A stretch of 64,000 nucleotides of DNA from Octopus vulgaris (Eukaryota), in NCBI GenBank assembly GCA_951406725.2, contig OX597841.1:12524001-12588000 (forward strand), given 5' to 3'. The translations under genes and the position numbers were made by a program. Positions within the stretch are counted from its first letter, which is position 1. The number at the start of each line of letters is the position of its first letter. The notes under the pieces were generated by a model that was given only the letters and a program-made list of their open reading frames with translations, made no database searches and was not told the origin of the DNA. Below, in pieces: positions 40,200 to 53,938 of the stretch.

Positions 40200-40760
40200 T
40201 TATTAGAACCCCTGGAGTCTTGCATGCATGGTGGGTTTACTACCTGCAGCCTACGGTACCATGCTATCCGTTCTTTTCAGCTTTCTAATACTCTCCTTTA
40301 TTATTCTGGCCATGTGCCAAGGAGGCAAACCTTTTGTAACAGTTCTACTGGGCATTCTATTCCAATTTCCTTTATATTCCCTGTGATCCTCAAAGACCCA
40401 ACAATAATTGTCATTATCTTCACCTGCTTCATTTTCCATAACCACGCTATTTCATACTTAAGAGGGTTGTATCTATTTTTCTTTTCGCCTTCCTCCTTGA
40501 CTGTTCGTGGGTCAAAGAAGAATGCAACATCAGCTATATAGCACATGTGGTGCACCTTGTCCACCACCCCAAGGTCCTGATCTGTTTGGATGGGGAAATC
40601 CCAGAGGACTTTACCAGTCTCAGACTTGGCCACTCTCCGCGGTTTGTGCTCACACCACGTCTTGCCTCTCCCTAGCCCCCACTTTTCATACAGTTTCCAA
40701 TGCAGCACTTTCGCTACTTGGACATGTGGCCACAATTTGTCAAGGGCATTCGTTCGCGAT
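40200..40760 (-). mobile_element. Degenerate RLE-type LINE endonuclease fragment
   Basis: ORF 40301-40735 VAKVLHWKL...VLWDFPIQTD...ADVA...EKKNRY...IIVGSL. Confidence 0.8.
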
Positions 40761-40799
40761 ATGAGCTGTTGTTTATCGTAGACATTTAAGACATTTGGA

Positions 40800-41200
40800 A
40801 CGATATCATCAACATTGTCTTAGAAAAATTGTCAGGATAAATGGTAAAATGGCCATCAATGATATGGAGGTACATGAGAGAAGTGGTAGTAAAAGGGTAG
40901 AATCAATGATTCTGGAAAGTCGTTTGAGGTGAGGTGGGCATCTGGAAAGAATAAACGATGAAAGATTTCCCAAGTAACTTTTATTATGGTGAACTGGAAG
41001 AGGGTAGGAGACCAGCACATAAAGCCAAAATGAGGTTCAGGGACTGCCTTAGAATTTCTCTGACACAGACAGGGGTCTCAGTTGTTTATTGGGAGAGGGA
41101 GGCACGAGACGGAGGTGGACGGAGGAAGGGGCCGCATAGTGGTCGTTCGAAGCTTGAGGGAGAAAGAATGAAGCCCGAGGAAATTAGGAGAAAGCTTAGA
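40800..41200 (+). mobile_element. Degenerate RTE-like LINE C-terminal fragment
   Basis: RL.W.GHLERINDERFPK...YGELEEGRRPAHKAKMRFRDCL. Confidence 0.65.
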
Positions 41201-41478
41201 AGGAACGAACCTGAGGAGGAGGATGGAGGGTTGCTTTGTGTGTGTGTGTGTGTGGTTTGTTGGAGGAGGTGTTCACTGACAAAATTCCGTGCTGAATGTT
41301 TTTCAGTGAAGAGGTCGCGGATTCAAAGCGACGAAAATATTTTGGCAAATTAAATTTAAATGTTGAAGTGAATCTAATGGTTTTTGTGTGTTTCTTAAAT
41401 GGCTTATAAACACCTTCCATGCTGCAATTGTTTTTGTTCCAACACACAATCTCAGATCAGGTCACTTACATCACCGTA

Positions 41479-41515
<37 letters not shown>

Positions 41516-41603
41516 TGCTTGGAGAAGAAGAAACGAAACGAAACGAATCGAATCGAATATATATATATATATATATGTTTATATCTATCTATCTATCTCT
41601 CTC

Positions 41604-41674
<71 letters not shown>

Positions 41675-41707
41675 TATATATAAATATATATACATATATA
41701 TATATAT

Positions 41708-41746
<39 letters not shown>

Positions 41747-42024
41747 TACATATACATATATATATACATATACATATATATATATATATATATAAAATGT
41801 ATGTATATATATATATATATATAAAATTTATGTATGTATATATATATATACACATACATACAGAAAGATGAAGGAAATGGAGAAATAAAATTGACATATT
41901 AAAAAAAGTTATTTACACCATAATATAATTATAAAAAGATACAAAATAATTCAACAACTAAATTCCAACAATTTGCTTCGACTCATTTGTAATGGTGGAT
42001 TAACAAGTCTCTTTGTGCATATGG

Positions 42025-42400
42025 AAGCAGTCCGTCGGTTCCGACGACGAGGGTTCCGGTTGATCCGATCAACGGAACAGCCTGCTCGTGAAATTAACGT
42101 GTAAGTGGCTGAGCACTCCACAGACACGTGTACCCTTAACGCAGTTCTCGGGGATATTCAGCGTGGCACAGAGAGTGACAAGGCCGGCCCTTTGAAATAC
42201 AGGTACAACAGAAACAGGAAGTAAGAGTAAGTTGTGGTGAAAGAGTACAGCAGGGATCACCACCATCCCCTGCCGGAGCCCCGTGGAGCTTTTAGGTGTT
42301 TTCGCTCAATAAACACTCACAACGCCCGGTCTGGGAATCGAAACCGCGATCCTACGACCGCGAGTCCGCTGCCCTAACCACTGGGCCATTGCGCCTCCAC
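42025..42400 (-). mobile_element. Full-length tRNA(Arg-like)-derived SINE
   Basis: Minus strand begins GGAGGCGCAATGGCCCAGTGGTTAGGGCAGCGGACTCGCGGTCGTAGGATCGCGGTTTCGATTCCC (A and B boxes), followed by ~300 nt of non-tRNA body. Confidence 0.8.
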
Positions 42401-42818
42401 TCGTGCATATATATACTCGTTCAAAAAGCTGGCGAAAATTCCATGTCAGGAATGTTAAAGGATAAAGTAAACTGATTTAAAATATATCCACGTTTACAAG
42501 CGTGAGCGTTAATTATTCATATACATATACATACACAAGCGTATATATATGTGTGTGTGTGTGTGTTTAGCATAAACAGAGTTAGCGGTTAAAATAACCA
42601 ACAAGGGGATAAAACATCCCTATATACCATCGTTATCCGTTAGCCGTATTACCCCCGGGTGAAACGTGGAAGAGAGATAACAGCTGGTCTGAGTGCTCTC
42701 TACCCACAATGACTGACACTGAAAAAAAAACTAAAAAAACTACAGCAACTCAGGGAAACTAAACCTGAACAACCTGCCATCCTCTACACACCATCATAAA
42801 CTGCAAGCAGGGTACAAA

Positions 42819-45650
42819 TTGTTGTCCTTAAATGCTCGCAGTTTGTGCAACAAAATTCATTTGTTCAACGCCTACGTCGGAAGTATTGACCCTGACTTCA
42901 TCACTGTCACGGAAACATGGGCGCATTCCTTACTCTGTGATAGGGTTTTCAACATCACTGGGTACAACCTCTTCCACAAGGACCGCATTAACTGCCGTGG
43001 TGGTGGTGTGATGGTCTACGTTCGTTCAAATTTTTCAGTAATTCCTTGTGCCGATTTGAACGAATCACAAGAAGAAGTTTTTTTCTGTGATGTACGTATG
43101 ACCATGTCAACACTCCTGCTTGGTGTTGTTTATCATCCCCCAAATTACCATCGGGACACACAGCTTTGCGATATCCTCCGAGCTGCTGCCAGGAAAACAG
43201 CCACTTATGTTTTCATTGCAGGCGATTTCAATCATCCTGAGATCAATTGGGAGACCTTCCATTGGCCACAGAGTGCAAACGATTTTGTTGAGCTTGTGCT
43301 GGACTCAAACTGGTCACAAGTAGTCACCTCTCCAACAAGAGGCGACAACACCTTGGACCTGCTCTTCACCACAACTCCTGAAGCGGTTATCAATTGCACT
43401 ACGGAGGAACCTCTAGGTGACTCTGATCATGCTATGATCATCGCCAATCTGGCTCTTGCGGGCAACAAAAACCTGAACCATCTCCAATCTGCTTCCTTCG
43501 ATTGGAAGAGAGCAGATTGGAACCTGTACCACACTGAACTACAGCACCCAAACTGGCGTGAATTCTACAACTCTGGAGATGTGAATACTATACTCCAGAG
43601 TATCCTGGACTCAATATGGGCAGCATGTGCAGCATCAGTGCCACGTAAACAGAAAAAGAAGAACCGCCCCAAAAGTGCAATTTGGGAAACTTCAGCGGTC
43701 CGACTTGCCAGGAAGGAACGTCGAACTGCTGAACGGGAATTCAAGTTGCATAAATCAGATACCAACAGGAAGAAGCGGAATAAATCTTCCAACCATCTCA
43801 AGCAAGTGACAAAAAAAGCTGTGCTTGAATTTGAACAGTGCATAGCAGCCAATCCTGACAGCAAGGTTTTCTGGAAATATGTGCATTCGAAGCAGAGACC
43901 TCACTCTCCAGTGGGCCCTCTTCGCAACCCTCACACAAACCAGATCACTGACGACCCCAAGGAATGCGCAGAACTCATTGCCGAGTGCTATGCAAACATA
44001 TTCACTGTTGAAAGTCAAAATGTACCATCTTCACCATCACTAACAGCAAACTCCATAACAACTATGGAATTTACACCTGCAATGCTGCGACGTCACCTTC
44101 AAAATATTCCTCCCCTGGTCTCGATGGAGTTACATACCTGCTTCTCAAACGTGGCAGGCACTTCCTTTTACACCAGCTTTCTATTTTCTTCCAGTACTGT
44201 CTCAACAATGGTGCTACTCCGGAACAGTGGAAAACTGCCAGTGTCATTCCTCTGTTCAAAAAGGGCGACCGCACATCACCTGTCAACTATCGCCCAGTCA
44301 GTCTCACTAGCTGTATTGCAAAACTGATGGAATCGTGTGTCAGAGAAACACTTTGGAACTTCTGGAGCTCACACAGTCTCATCCGACCCTCACAATATGG
44401 ATTTGTCCCTAACTCCAGCTGCAGTGATCAGCTTGTCGAGTTCCTTGAGGACATTACTCAGATCACTGACAGTGGCTCATGGGTGGATGTTGTCTACCTT
44501 GACTTTGCTAAGGCTTTCAACTCTGTGCCACACAAAAGGCTTATGGTGAAACTCTCTGCAATGGGTGTGGGGGATGACCTTTTTAACTGGTTGAAATCCT
44601 TCATTCTCAACCGAAAGGAGGTAGTCACAGTTCTAGGACAGCATTCTACACCATATGAGATGTCATCGGGTGTACCACAGGGATCTGTCCTTGGTCCCCT
44701 CTTGTTTGTGGCATACATTAATGACATAGATGCAAATTTAAAGAATGCCACAGTATTAAAATATGCAGACGACATCAAGCTGTACCTTGAAATCAAGAGG
44801 ACAGATCCTGATGTCTACAGCTCTTTCCTGCAATCAGACCTGGACACAATGCAGCAATGGATCACAGACTGGCAACTGAAACTGGCTGTGGACAAGTGTA
44901 CCACCATGCATTTTGGGAGAAAAAACCCTGTGTCCACATACTCCCTCCACAACACTGATATCAAGAAATCCTCTTGCGAGCGTGACCTAGGCATCACTGT
45001 CAGCAGTGATTTGCGTTGGACAAAGCATATCTCTAAAATTGTCAAGAAGGCCGAGGGTGTCTTGGCATCACTCAGCAAGACTTTTGTTAGCCGCTCTGCA
45101 GCCATCTATTTAAAACTGTATACAGCTATGGTACGACCACACTTGGAATTCGCATCATCAGTTTGGAACCCCTATCTTGCTCAGAACATTGACCTCCTGG
45201 AATCTGTTCAGAAACGTGCAACCAAACGCATACCCTCCATCAGACACCTACCATATTCTGAGCGCCTTGTTTCCCTGGGCATGGATTCACTGAAGCTCCG
45301 GCGTCTGGCGACGGACTTGGTAAACGCCCACAAAGTTGTCAACCACCTCACCAATAACAACACTGAACACCTTTTTGATCTCCATGTGTCTAACACACGT
45401 GGACATGCCTACAAAGTCAGAAAACAACACAGCTCCCATGACTTTCGGAAACATTTCTTCACACTCAGAGTTGCTGAAGCATGGAATAAACTGCCTGCGT
45501 CAGTTGTTGACTGCCATGACACTGCATCCTTTAAGGCCCTCATGCTTTCCGAAATCCGTCGAAACTACACCTGATTATATATACACTTTCGATGAGTTGT
45601 AGTGCACCTGAGCACTGTACACAATGTTTATTATTATTATTATTATTATG
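42819..45650 (+). mobile_element. CR1-clade LINE ORF2 (APE endonuclease and RT), one frameshift near 44110
   Basis: LNARSL...TETW...GDFN...SDH endonuclease motifs; YLDFAKAF, GVPQGSVLGP, YADD, TRGHAYK...FFTLRV...WNKLP; (ATT)n tail. Confidence 0.95.
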
Positions 45651-45743
45651 AAACAATTTAAAAGGTTACTTCGCACTAAATGGGTAAAATTAACGCCGGG
45701 TCCACAGGTAGATTAATACTATGAGAAAAGTTACCTTATATGA

Positions 45744-45789
<46 letters not shown>

Positions 45790-45794
45790 ATATG

Positions 45795-45843
<49 letters not shown>

Positions 45844-45866
45844 TTATATATATATATGGATATATC

Positions 45867-47134
45867 TCAGGTCATCCTGTAAGTTCTCTCTGAATTTTGA
45901 ATAAAGACAACAAGTGATCAAATGTTATATTTAATTGAAATTTAATCATCAATGTACTTTCCCCTGATTATCTATGACTTCCTTCCATCTATTTACAAGC
46001 TTTTTAATCCCATCAATGTAAAACTCTTTTGGTTTCAAAGTAAAGAACTCTGAAATGTCAGTTTCGACCTACTCCTGGCTTCCGAAAGTTATGTCCCCCA
46101 AATGATTCTGTTAACTATGAAACAAATGGTAGTCTGAAGGAGCAAGGTCGGGAGAATAAGGTGGATGAGGAATTTTTTTCCATCCAAGCTCTTCGATCTT
46201 CTATGATGTGATCTTTGCAGTGTGGGGGGGTCGCGCATGTCCAGATGAAACATCACTAATTTTCGATTCACTAAAGCGGGTCTTTTTTTATTCAAAGATT
46301 GGTTCAAATACTCTTATAGCTGACAGTAGACATTGATTGTTGCATTTGGTGGTAACAATTCAAAGTGAATTACTCCTTTGCAATCCCGCCAGATAGAGAG
46401 AAGAACCTTTTTCCCATGAAGTTCCCTTCTCAGTTGTGGTTGAGCTTTTTCCTTTTTACCAAGCTACTGTTTACGACATTTAACATTTTGATAGAAGATC
46501 CATTTTTCGTCACCAGTCACAAGTCTATCCAAAAAGGGTGAAATGAGTTCGAGAGAATGGAGAGAAGAGCAGATATCAACTCGGGATTTGCGGTTATTTC
46601 AGACAATTCATGAGGCACCCATTTTCCAAGTTGTTGAAGATGACAATGAACAGTTGTATGGTTTGAACTAAGCTTTATTGCCAATTCTTCAACTGATAAT
46701 GCAGAATTTTCTTCAAGTAGTGCCTCAAGGAGCTTATCATGAAACTCCACTTTACGTCCTGTTCGATCTTCATCTTCAAAGCTGAAACCTCCACTTCTGA
46801 ATTTTGCAAACCATCTTCTGCAAGTTCTTTCATTCAAGCATTCTTTCCCATAAACTGAGTGTTATGTTTCGAGTCGCTTCGGCTGCAGAGTTTCCTTTTT
46901 TGTACTCATAAAGCATTATGTGCCTCAAATGCTCTTTAAATACTTCCATGTTAGAAAGGGTTTTAATCAAAGAAATTTTAATTCTATTATTCTGTAAAAT
47001 AATATTTAATTAGTTTAAATATACACAAATGCATAAAAATAATTTTTAATTCCATCAGACATTCTAAAATACTATTAAATTTCATTCAATTTTTAAAAAA
47101 GGTAAAATCGGACAGAACTTATGGGATGACCTGA
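45867..47134 (-). mobile_element. Full-length degenerate mariner transposon (~1.27 kb)
   Basis: TIRs TCAGGTCATCCTGTAAGTTCT / AGAACTTATGGGATGACCTGA; WVPHEL and HPPYSPDLAPSDYHLF motifs on the minus strand. Confidence 0.92.
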
Positions 47135-47307
47135 TGTATACAAAAGGAAAGTTGCTAAAAATGTTCTGGGGTCGAATTGTTAACTTTGCAATTAAAATGC
47201 GGTACCCCCGCATGGCCACATGTCAATGACAAGTAAAGGATAAAAGAAAAATTACATTTTGGACGTATATGTCTGTCTGTCTGTCTGTCTGTATGTACGT
47301 ATGTACG

Positions 47308-47347
<40 letters not shown>

Positions 47348-47479
47348 AGTATAAAAATGTTGCATGATGAAGTGACGTACAAATCCACACAGACAAAGCG
47401 TCCTCAATCTTTAAGTTTAAAATGTCAAAGTACAATGGTAAAAAGTCTCCCATTATGAAGTCAGAGATGTTAAAATGGA

Positions 47480-47860
47480 AATGCAAAGATCCTATGGGAT
47501 TTGATGATTCAGTGCAACCATGAGATTGAGATTAGGAAGCAGGACATAGTCTTAATTGAGAAAGAAAGCAAACGATGCTGGATCATAGATATAGTATGCC
47601 CAACTGACAACAATGTATGTGATAAGGAAGAAAAGTCGATAGATATAACAGGTTAGCTTGGGAGGTTAAACAGTTGTGGTCGATGACAAAGGTGGTAGTA
47701 GTACCAAAAATTGTCGGAGCCCTGGGAACAGTGAGCAATAATCTGGAGAAGTGCGTGGAACAAATAGGGGCTGCAATAAGGGTGGAGGACTTGCAGAAAA
47801 CAGCAATACTCCGGAAGGTGCTCGGAAAATAAGGGGTGTTACCTTAGCTCACTGGTAGTG
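47480..47860 (+). mobile_element. Old RLE-LINE 3' fragment (partly duplicated at 57817-58095)
   Basis: WDLMIQ...DIVLIEK...IIDI...VGALGTV...LQKTAIL motifs. Confidence 0.75.
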
Positions 47861-47922
47861 ATCAGAAATAGAAGCTGTGCAAAGGCAATAATAATAATAA
47901 TAATAATAATAACAACAACAAC

Positions 47923-48480
47923 ATGCCGTGATGCAGTACCAGACAGTGGATCTCATGGCTCCTGATCTTAACTGATTGGAAGTGTTATCATGTACATTGT
48001 TTTGTCTTGGTATAAAAGATGACCTACAGCAAATATTCTGCTCAATACCACACATTTGCTTGTCAGTTGTTTGACCTTAACCAGTTGAGCATGTCCCTTA
48101 GTGGCTGACAATATGTGCATCTCTGATCACGAGCAGAAGTAGTGGGGGAGCATCATAGCCATGTGTTAAGAGGGATTCTTTGGGGTTTGAATAATTCACC
48201 TCTGAAAACATGGGTGTTTCGCTCAACATCCTTAAACAACCCTTATTCAGGGACTTTTTGAGCGGGATGGGTTACTCGACCAGAAGAAAATTCTAACTGG
48301 GCCCCACCTGCAAGGTCATGTGCTGTTTATCTTGATATGAGATCACCATGTTGCACACATATGGTTGTGATGCATGTGCCTGGTGTACCCTTATCAGACG
48401 GGTAGTCATGATGGGTGTACTGGGCTTTGTATATTTGTATCCCAGTGTCACTTTGATGGAATGCACAGTTCTCTCGCTCA
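47923..48480 (+). mobile_element. ~560-bp (TAA)n-associated SINE copy
   Basis: Reverse complement of 17629-18186. Confidence 0.85.
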
Positions 48481-48498
48481 ATAATAATAATAATAATG

Positions 48499-48548
<50 letters not shown>

Positions 48549-48550
<2 letters not shown>

Positions 48551-51490
48551 CTGAAAATTGAACAAAATTCTGATTGAAAAATCAGCTACTGGATCAAAAC
48601 TTCCCAACACACAGGAGCTAGACGTACCCCACAACCGGAATATTCCAACAGATGGCCATCCATGCTCGTCACCAAATAATCAAAAGAAAAAGAAAGAAAA
48701 ATGGTCTAGGGAAGATAATAAAGAATTTCTTGAGGCCTTCTACGATGCCATATATTTCCCCACAAATAAATCTAACACTGTACAAACATACTTAAACTGG
48801 AGACAGAAACACCCTGAAGTAAGACCCTCCATAGACAGTAACAAACTTGCCAACGTCAGAAGAAGCATTATAAAAAAAAATTACTGACTGAAGTAGAGAT
48901 TGATCAAGTTAGACAAGCAATATCGGATAAAATGAACGAAGCTGCAGCTAGAGAAGATAATTATAGACCAGCCCAGGGCTGATAAAAACGAAGTAAGGAT
49001 TGAAAGAGTTAGTATAAGTGATAGGCAAAGTGAAATACTCCCTGAACCAATCATAAACACTAAGACAGATGAACATCAAATAGATGAAGAAACTCACACA
49101 AATATTGACCCAACAGAACTACATGAGCTAAAAAATCAAACCATGATTGAATGGCTGAAAATTAAAGAAACCAGCATGGATGAACGTGATACACTCCCTA
49201 AAATCCGCAACTCTAACCAAAACATGAAAATAATTGGTAAAATCCGGCTTGCACTTAAGGATATAATTTCAGCTAATGATGTTGATATCACAGATCTCAA
49301 CCACCTGTACTATGCATCTGCGAAAATCTCAACGATTCTATGTGGTGTAAAGATTAGAAAACGGCAACATTCCCACAAAAAGCCTTCTTGGCAAGAGCGT
49401 ATGCAACAACAAATTAAACCATTTAGATCTGACATTGAATATTTGAAAAACCTTAAGGTTCACAAGACTACCAAACCTACAAAAACCCCAAAATTGCTGA
49501 AAAAATACAATATGAAAACTATACTTGATATTGATGCCACCATAGAAACCATCAAACAAAAGGTATCTGCCAAAGCTGCCCGCATAGCGAGGTATGAAAA
49601 GCGTGTTAGATTTTTCAAGGACAACAACATGTTAAAAAATAACCCCAAGAATACCTCTCTCAAAACTGCTCAATAAGTACGGGTATAAAATGTTTGATAA
49701 AAATATAAATCATCACATTTACATGGATGATTTAAAGCTTTTTGCAAAAAATGACCAACAACTCAAGGGCTTACTAGCGATAGTCAAACAATTCAGTGAC
49801 GACATCAGAATGCAATTCGGCCTCGATAAATGTGCAAAAGCTACCTTTATCAAAGGAAAAATGACAGAAACATCTAACGTTAACCTTGACCAGCAGAATG
49901 TCATAAAAGAACTAGACCCAGTGGAGAGCTACAAGTACTTAGGGGTAATTGAAGGGAATGGAATAAGGCATTCAGAGATGAAGGAAAGGATCAGGAGAGA
50001 ATGCTATCGAAGAGTGAGAGCAATAATCAAGACAGAGCTGAATGCAAGAAACAGGATCGAAGCGATCAATGCATTAGCCATACCAGTCGTGACTTACAGT
50101 TTCAATATCGTTAACTGATCAATTACTGAAATATGTAATCTTGACAGAAAAATAAGGAAACTGTTGACAATGCATAGAATGCACCACCCTAAGGCAGATA
50201 CAGAACGACTTTATCTGCCAAGAAAAGAGGGAGGCCGTGGTCTTTTGCAACTGGCAATAACAATGAAGATTGCTACAATTGGCCTAGACACCTACCTGAA
50301 AAAGTCTGAGGACTGGATGTTAAAACTTGTCTCAAAACACGAAAACAAGAAAGCATCATACTCAGTAACAAAACAGGCAAAGGAATATCTAAGTGAATTC
50401 CGAATACAACAAATTTCGGAATTAGAGATAGTCATACAAGAAACAAGCACAGAAAAAGCTAGGCACATGAAAACCCGTGCTAAAACTGCGGCCTTAGATA
50501 CTCTGAATAATAAATGGCAAGAAAACCCTCTCTATGGCAAATACTCAAAGAGAGCGAATAATGCAGATATTGACAAAGCCCTGACCCATCAATGGCTAAT
50601 GGCCTCTGGCTTAAAATCTGAAACAGAAGGGTTTATCATAGCAGCTCAAGATCAATGCCTACCAACAAGAAACTACCAGGCCAACATATTAAAGAACGGC
50701 AGTAGCCCAACATGTCGTGTATGCCGACAACAAAATGAAACCATTGATCATGTTGTCTCCAAATGCAGTCTTCTAGTGCCTACAGAGTACCTCAACAGAC
50801 ATGATAGAGCAGCACAATATATTCACTGGGTAATTTGCAAAAACCTGGATTTGCCCCATGAAAAAAACTGGTGGGAACACAATCCACCTCCAGTGCTTGA
50901 AAATGACCACATCTCACTCCTCTGGAACTTCACCATTCAAACTGACAGAAAGATAGATGCAAATAGGCCAGACATCATATTGAAAGACTTCAGACAAAGA
51001 ACATGCCTCCTCATTGATATGACTGTCCCAATCGATATAAACGTATCTGTCAAGACCTACCAAAAACTGAGCAAATATAAAGATCTTGAAATAGAAATCA
51101 GCAAAATGTGGAACCTGAAGACTAAAACAATACCTGTTGTCATAGGTGCCCTGGGAATGATAGCGAAAGGGGCTGATTGCTACCTAACTCAGATACCAGG
51201 AAACCCCAAAATGGCAGAAATTCAAAAGATAGTGCTCATGGGAACTGCTCATATCCTACGCAAAATACTCTCTATGTAATCCCAAGGTTTAAAACAAACT
51301 TTTAAAAAAACATTAAAAAAAAAAATTCTATTTATTAGACATTCACTAGTTCAACACAAAAAAACCTGAAATATATGGTACACTAGGCATAACAACAATG
51401 TGAACTTCCAACCTATTGTCTCTTGAGGTCTCTGGGTGAGACTTGGAGCCAACTTGTACAGACATAAAGCAAAAGTCAAACATAGAATAA
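48549..51490 (+). mobile_element. R4/Dong-like RLE LINE, inactive, with an 855-bp internal deletion
   Basis: YMDD RT motif; CRVC...HVVSKC zinc knuckle, RHD, RPDII...IDMT...KLSKY restriction-like endonuclease; flanked by (TAA)n. Confidence 0.92.
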
Positions 51491-51499
51491 TAATAATGA

Positions 51500-51533
<34 letters not shown>

Positions 51534-51565
51534 GGTGGTTATGATGATGATGATTGATAATAATG

Positions 51566-51605
<40 letters not shown>

Positions 51606-51740
51606 TAATAATAATGATAATAATAATAATAAGTTGCAGTATATAAAAGTAAAAATATATAATGAATGAAATAAAATAAAAGTGAAATAAAATTTATGCT
51701 ATTTAAATACACATATCCATGTGTACTTTCATACAAAAGA

Positions 51741-51777
<37 letters not shown>

Positions 51778-51939
51778 CTTTACACCTTATAGAATCTTTG
51801 TTAATAAAGTTAAAAGGCTCTGGGAATGAGTTCAATTAAATGCATATGTATGTATATACATACATACATATGCATTTAATTGAACTCATTCCCAGAGCCT
51901 TTTAACTTTATTAACAAAGATTCTATAAGGTGTAAAGAG

Positions 51940-51977
<38 letters not shown>

Positions 51978-52223
51978 TCTTTTGTATGAAAGTACACATG
52001 GATATGTGTATTTAAATAGCATAAATTTTATTTCACTTTTATTTTATTTCATTCATTATATATTTTTACTTTTATATACTGCAACTTATTATTATTATTA
52101 TCATTATTATTATTGTTATTATTATTATCTTCATTATTATCAATCATCATCATCCCACCATCATCATCATCATCATCATCATTATTATTATTCTATGTTT
52201 GACTTTTGCTTTATGTCTGTACA
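51455..52223. repeat. ~770-bp foldback palindrome centred at ~51855
   Basis: 51455-51850 is the reverse complement of 51860-52223; absent from copy B. Confidence 0.9.
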
Positions 52224-52397
52224 TGTCTGTATGTATGTATGTATGTATGTATGTATGTATGTATGTATGTATGTGTGTGTGCCTGTATATTTATTTAGCT
52301 CTTATATATTTATTTATATATTGTATAGATAGATATATATGTATATCTATCTATCTATCTATCTATATATATGTATATATATTTAAGTAGCTACATA

Positions 52398-52463
<66 letters not shown>

Positions 52464-52513
52464 TATATGCATGCATACATTCATACTGACATGCAGATAT
52501 GCATAAACATAAG

Positions 52514-52547
<34 letters not shown>

Positions 52548-52724
52548 TTCACGTGCTAAAACGTGTGTGAGAATGCCATCTCAGTTCGATCTTGTTGGTT
52601 GAGTTTTTGAAAAGATGTCTAATTCCCATGTTTGATAATTGGTCAAAACATTGTTTGGAGGTGGAAGAGGTAATGTGCACAGTTGCTTTTGTCTTCATGG
52701 TCCGGGTTGCAGGACAACAAAACA

Positions 52725-53530
52725 CGCATGTATGTATGTATGTATGTATGTATGTATGTATGTATGTATGTATGTATGTATGTATGCATGTATGCATGTA
52801 TGCATGTATGCATGTATGCATGTATGCATGCATGTATGCATGCATGTATGCATATATGCATGTATGCATATATGCAGATGTGCATGCATGCATGTATGTA
52901 TGTATGTATGTATGTATGCATGCATGTATGTATGCATATATGCATGTATGCATGTATGCATGTATGCATGCATGTATGCATGCATGTATGCATATATGCA
53001 TGTATGCATATATGCAGATGTGCATGCATGCATGTATGTATGTATGTATGTATGTATGCATGCATGCATGTATGTATGCATATATGCATGTATGCATGTA
53101 TGCATGCATGTATGCATGCATGTATGCATGCATGTATGCATATATGCATGTATGCATATATGCAGATGTGCATGCATGCATGTATGTATGTATGTATGTA
53201 TGTATGTATGTATGCATGCATGTATGTATGCATATATGCATGTATGCATGTATGCATGCATGTATGCATATATGCATGTATGCATATATGCAGATGTGCA
53301 TGCATGCATGTATGTATGTATGTATGTATGTATGTATGTATGTATGCATGCATGCATGTATGTATGCATATATGCATGTATGCATGTATGCATGCATGTA
53401 TGCATGCATGTATGCATATATGCATGTATGCATATATGCAGATGTGCATGCATGCATGTATGCATGTATGCATGTATGTATGTATGAATGTATGTATGCA
53501 TGCATGCATGCATGCATGTATGTATAATAT
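52725..53530. repeat. Compound (TATG/CATG/TGCA) satellite with higher-order repeats
   Basis: Directly visible; all six frames open. Confidence 0.95.
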
Positions 53531-53903
53531 ATGTACGTATGTATGTATGTACGTACATAAGTATATATATGTGTACGTATAAAAATGTCTCATGATGAGT
53601 TGACGTAGAAATCCAGACGGACAAAGCGTCCTCAATCTTTAAGTTTAAAAAGTCTCCCATTATGAAGTCAGAGTTAAAGTTGTTTGTTTTCTTATCACAC
53701 CCTCTCGTTCATTGAGTCCCACACGTAAATCTATTGTTTCTCACGACACACCTGAGTTTTTGCTTTTGTATTCCCATCCAGTGTTCACCTGAGGTTAAAA
53801 ATTATTTGTTTTTAAAGTCTTTGCAAAAAAGTCCGTACAAAAAGATTTAATAATTATGTGATGAACAAAAATAATTCTGGTTAGAAGAAAAACTGAAAAA
53901 GTA

Positions 53904-53904
<1 letters not shown>

Positions 53905-53938
<34 letters not shown>

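Larger units (their letters stand above)
47581..53823. repeat. Segmental duplication copy A (copy B is 57817-63839)
   Basis: Same order of elements and shared LINE-inactivating mutations in both copies. Confidence 0.92.

Noticed and set aside
52549-53660. Six overlapping ~300-aa Cys/Met/His-rich ORFs resembling metal-binding or reflectin-like proteins
   Set aside because: Stop-free only because of satellite composition; array absent from the duplicate copy; no reflectin motif
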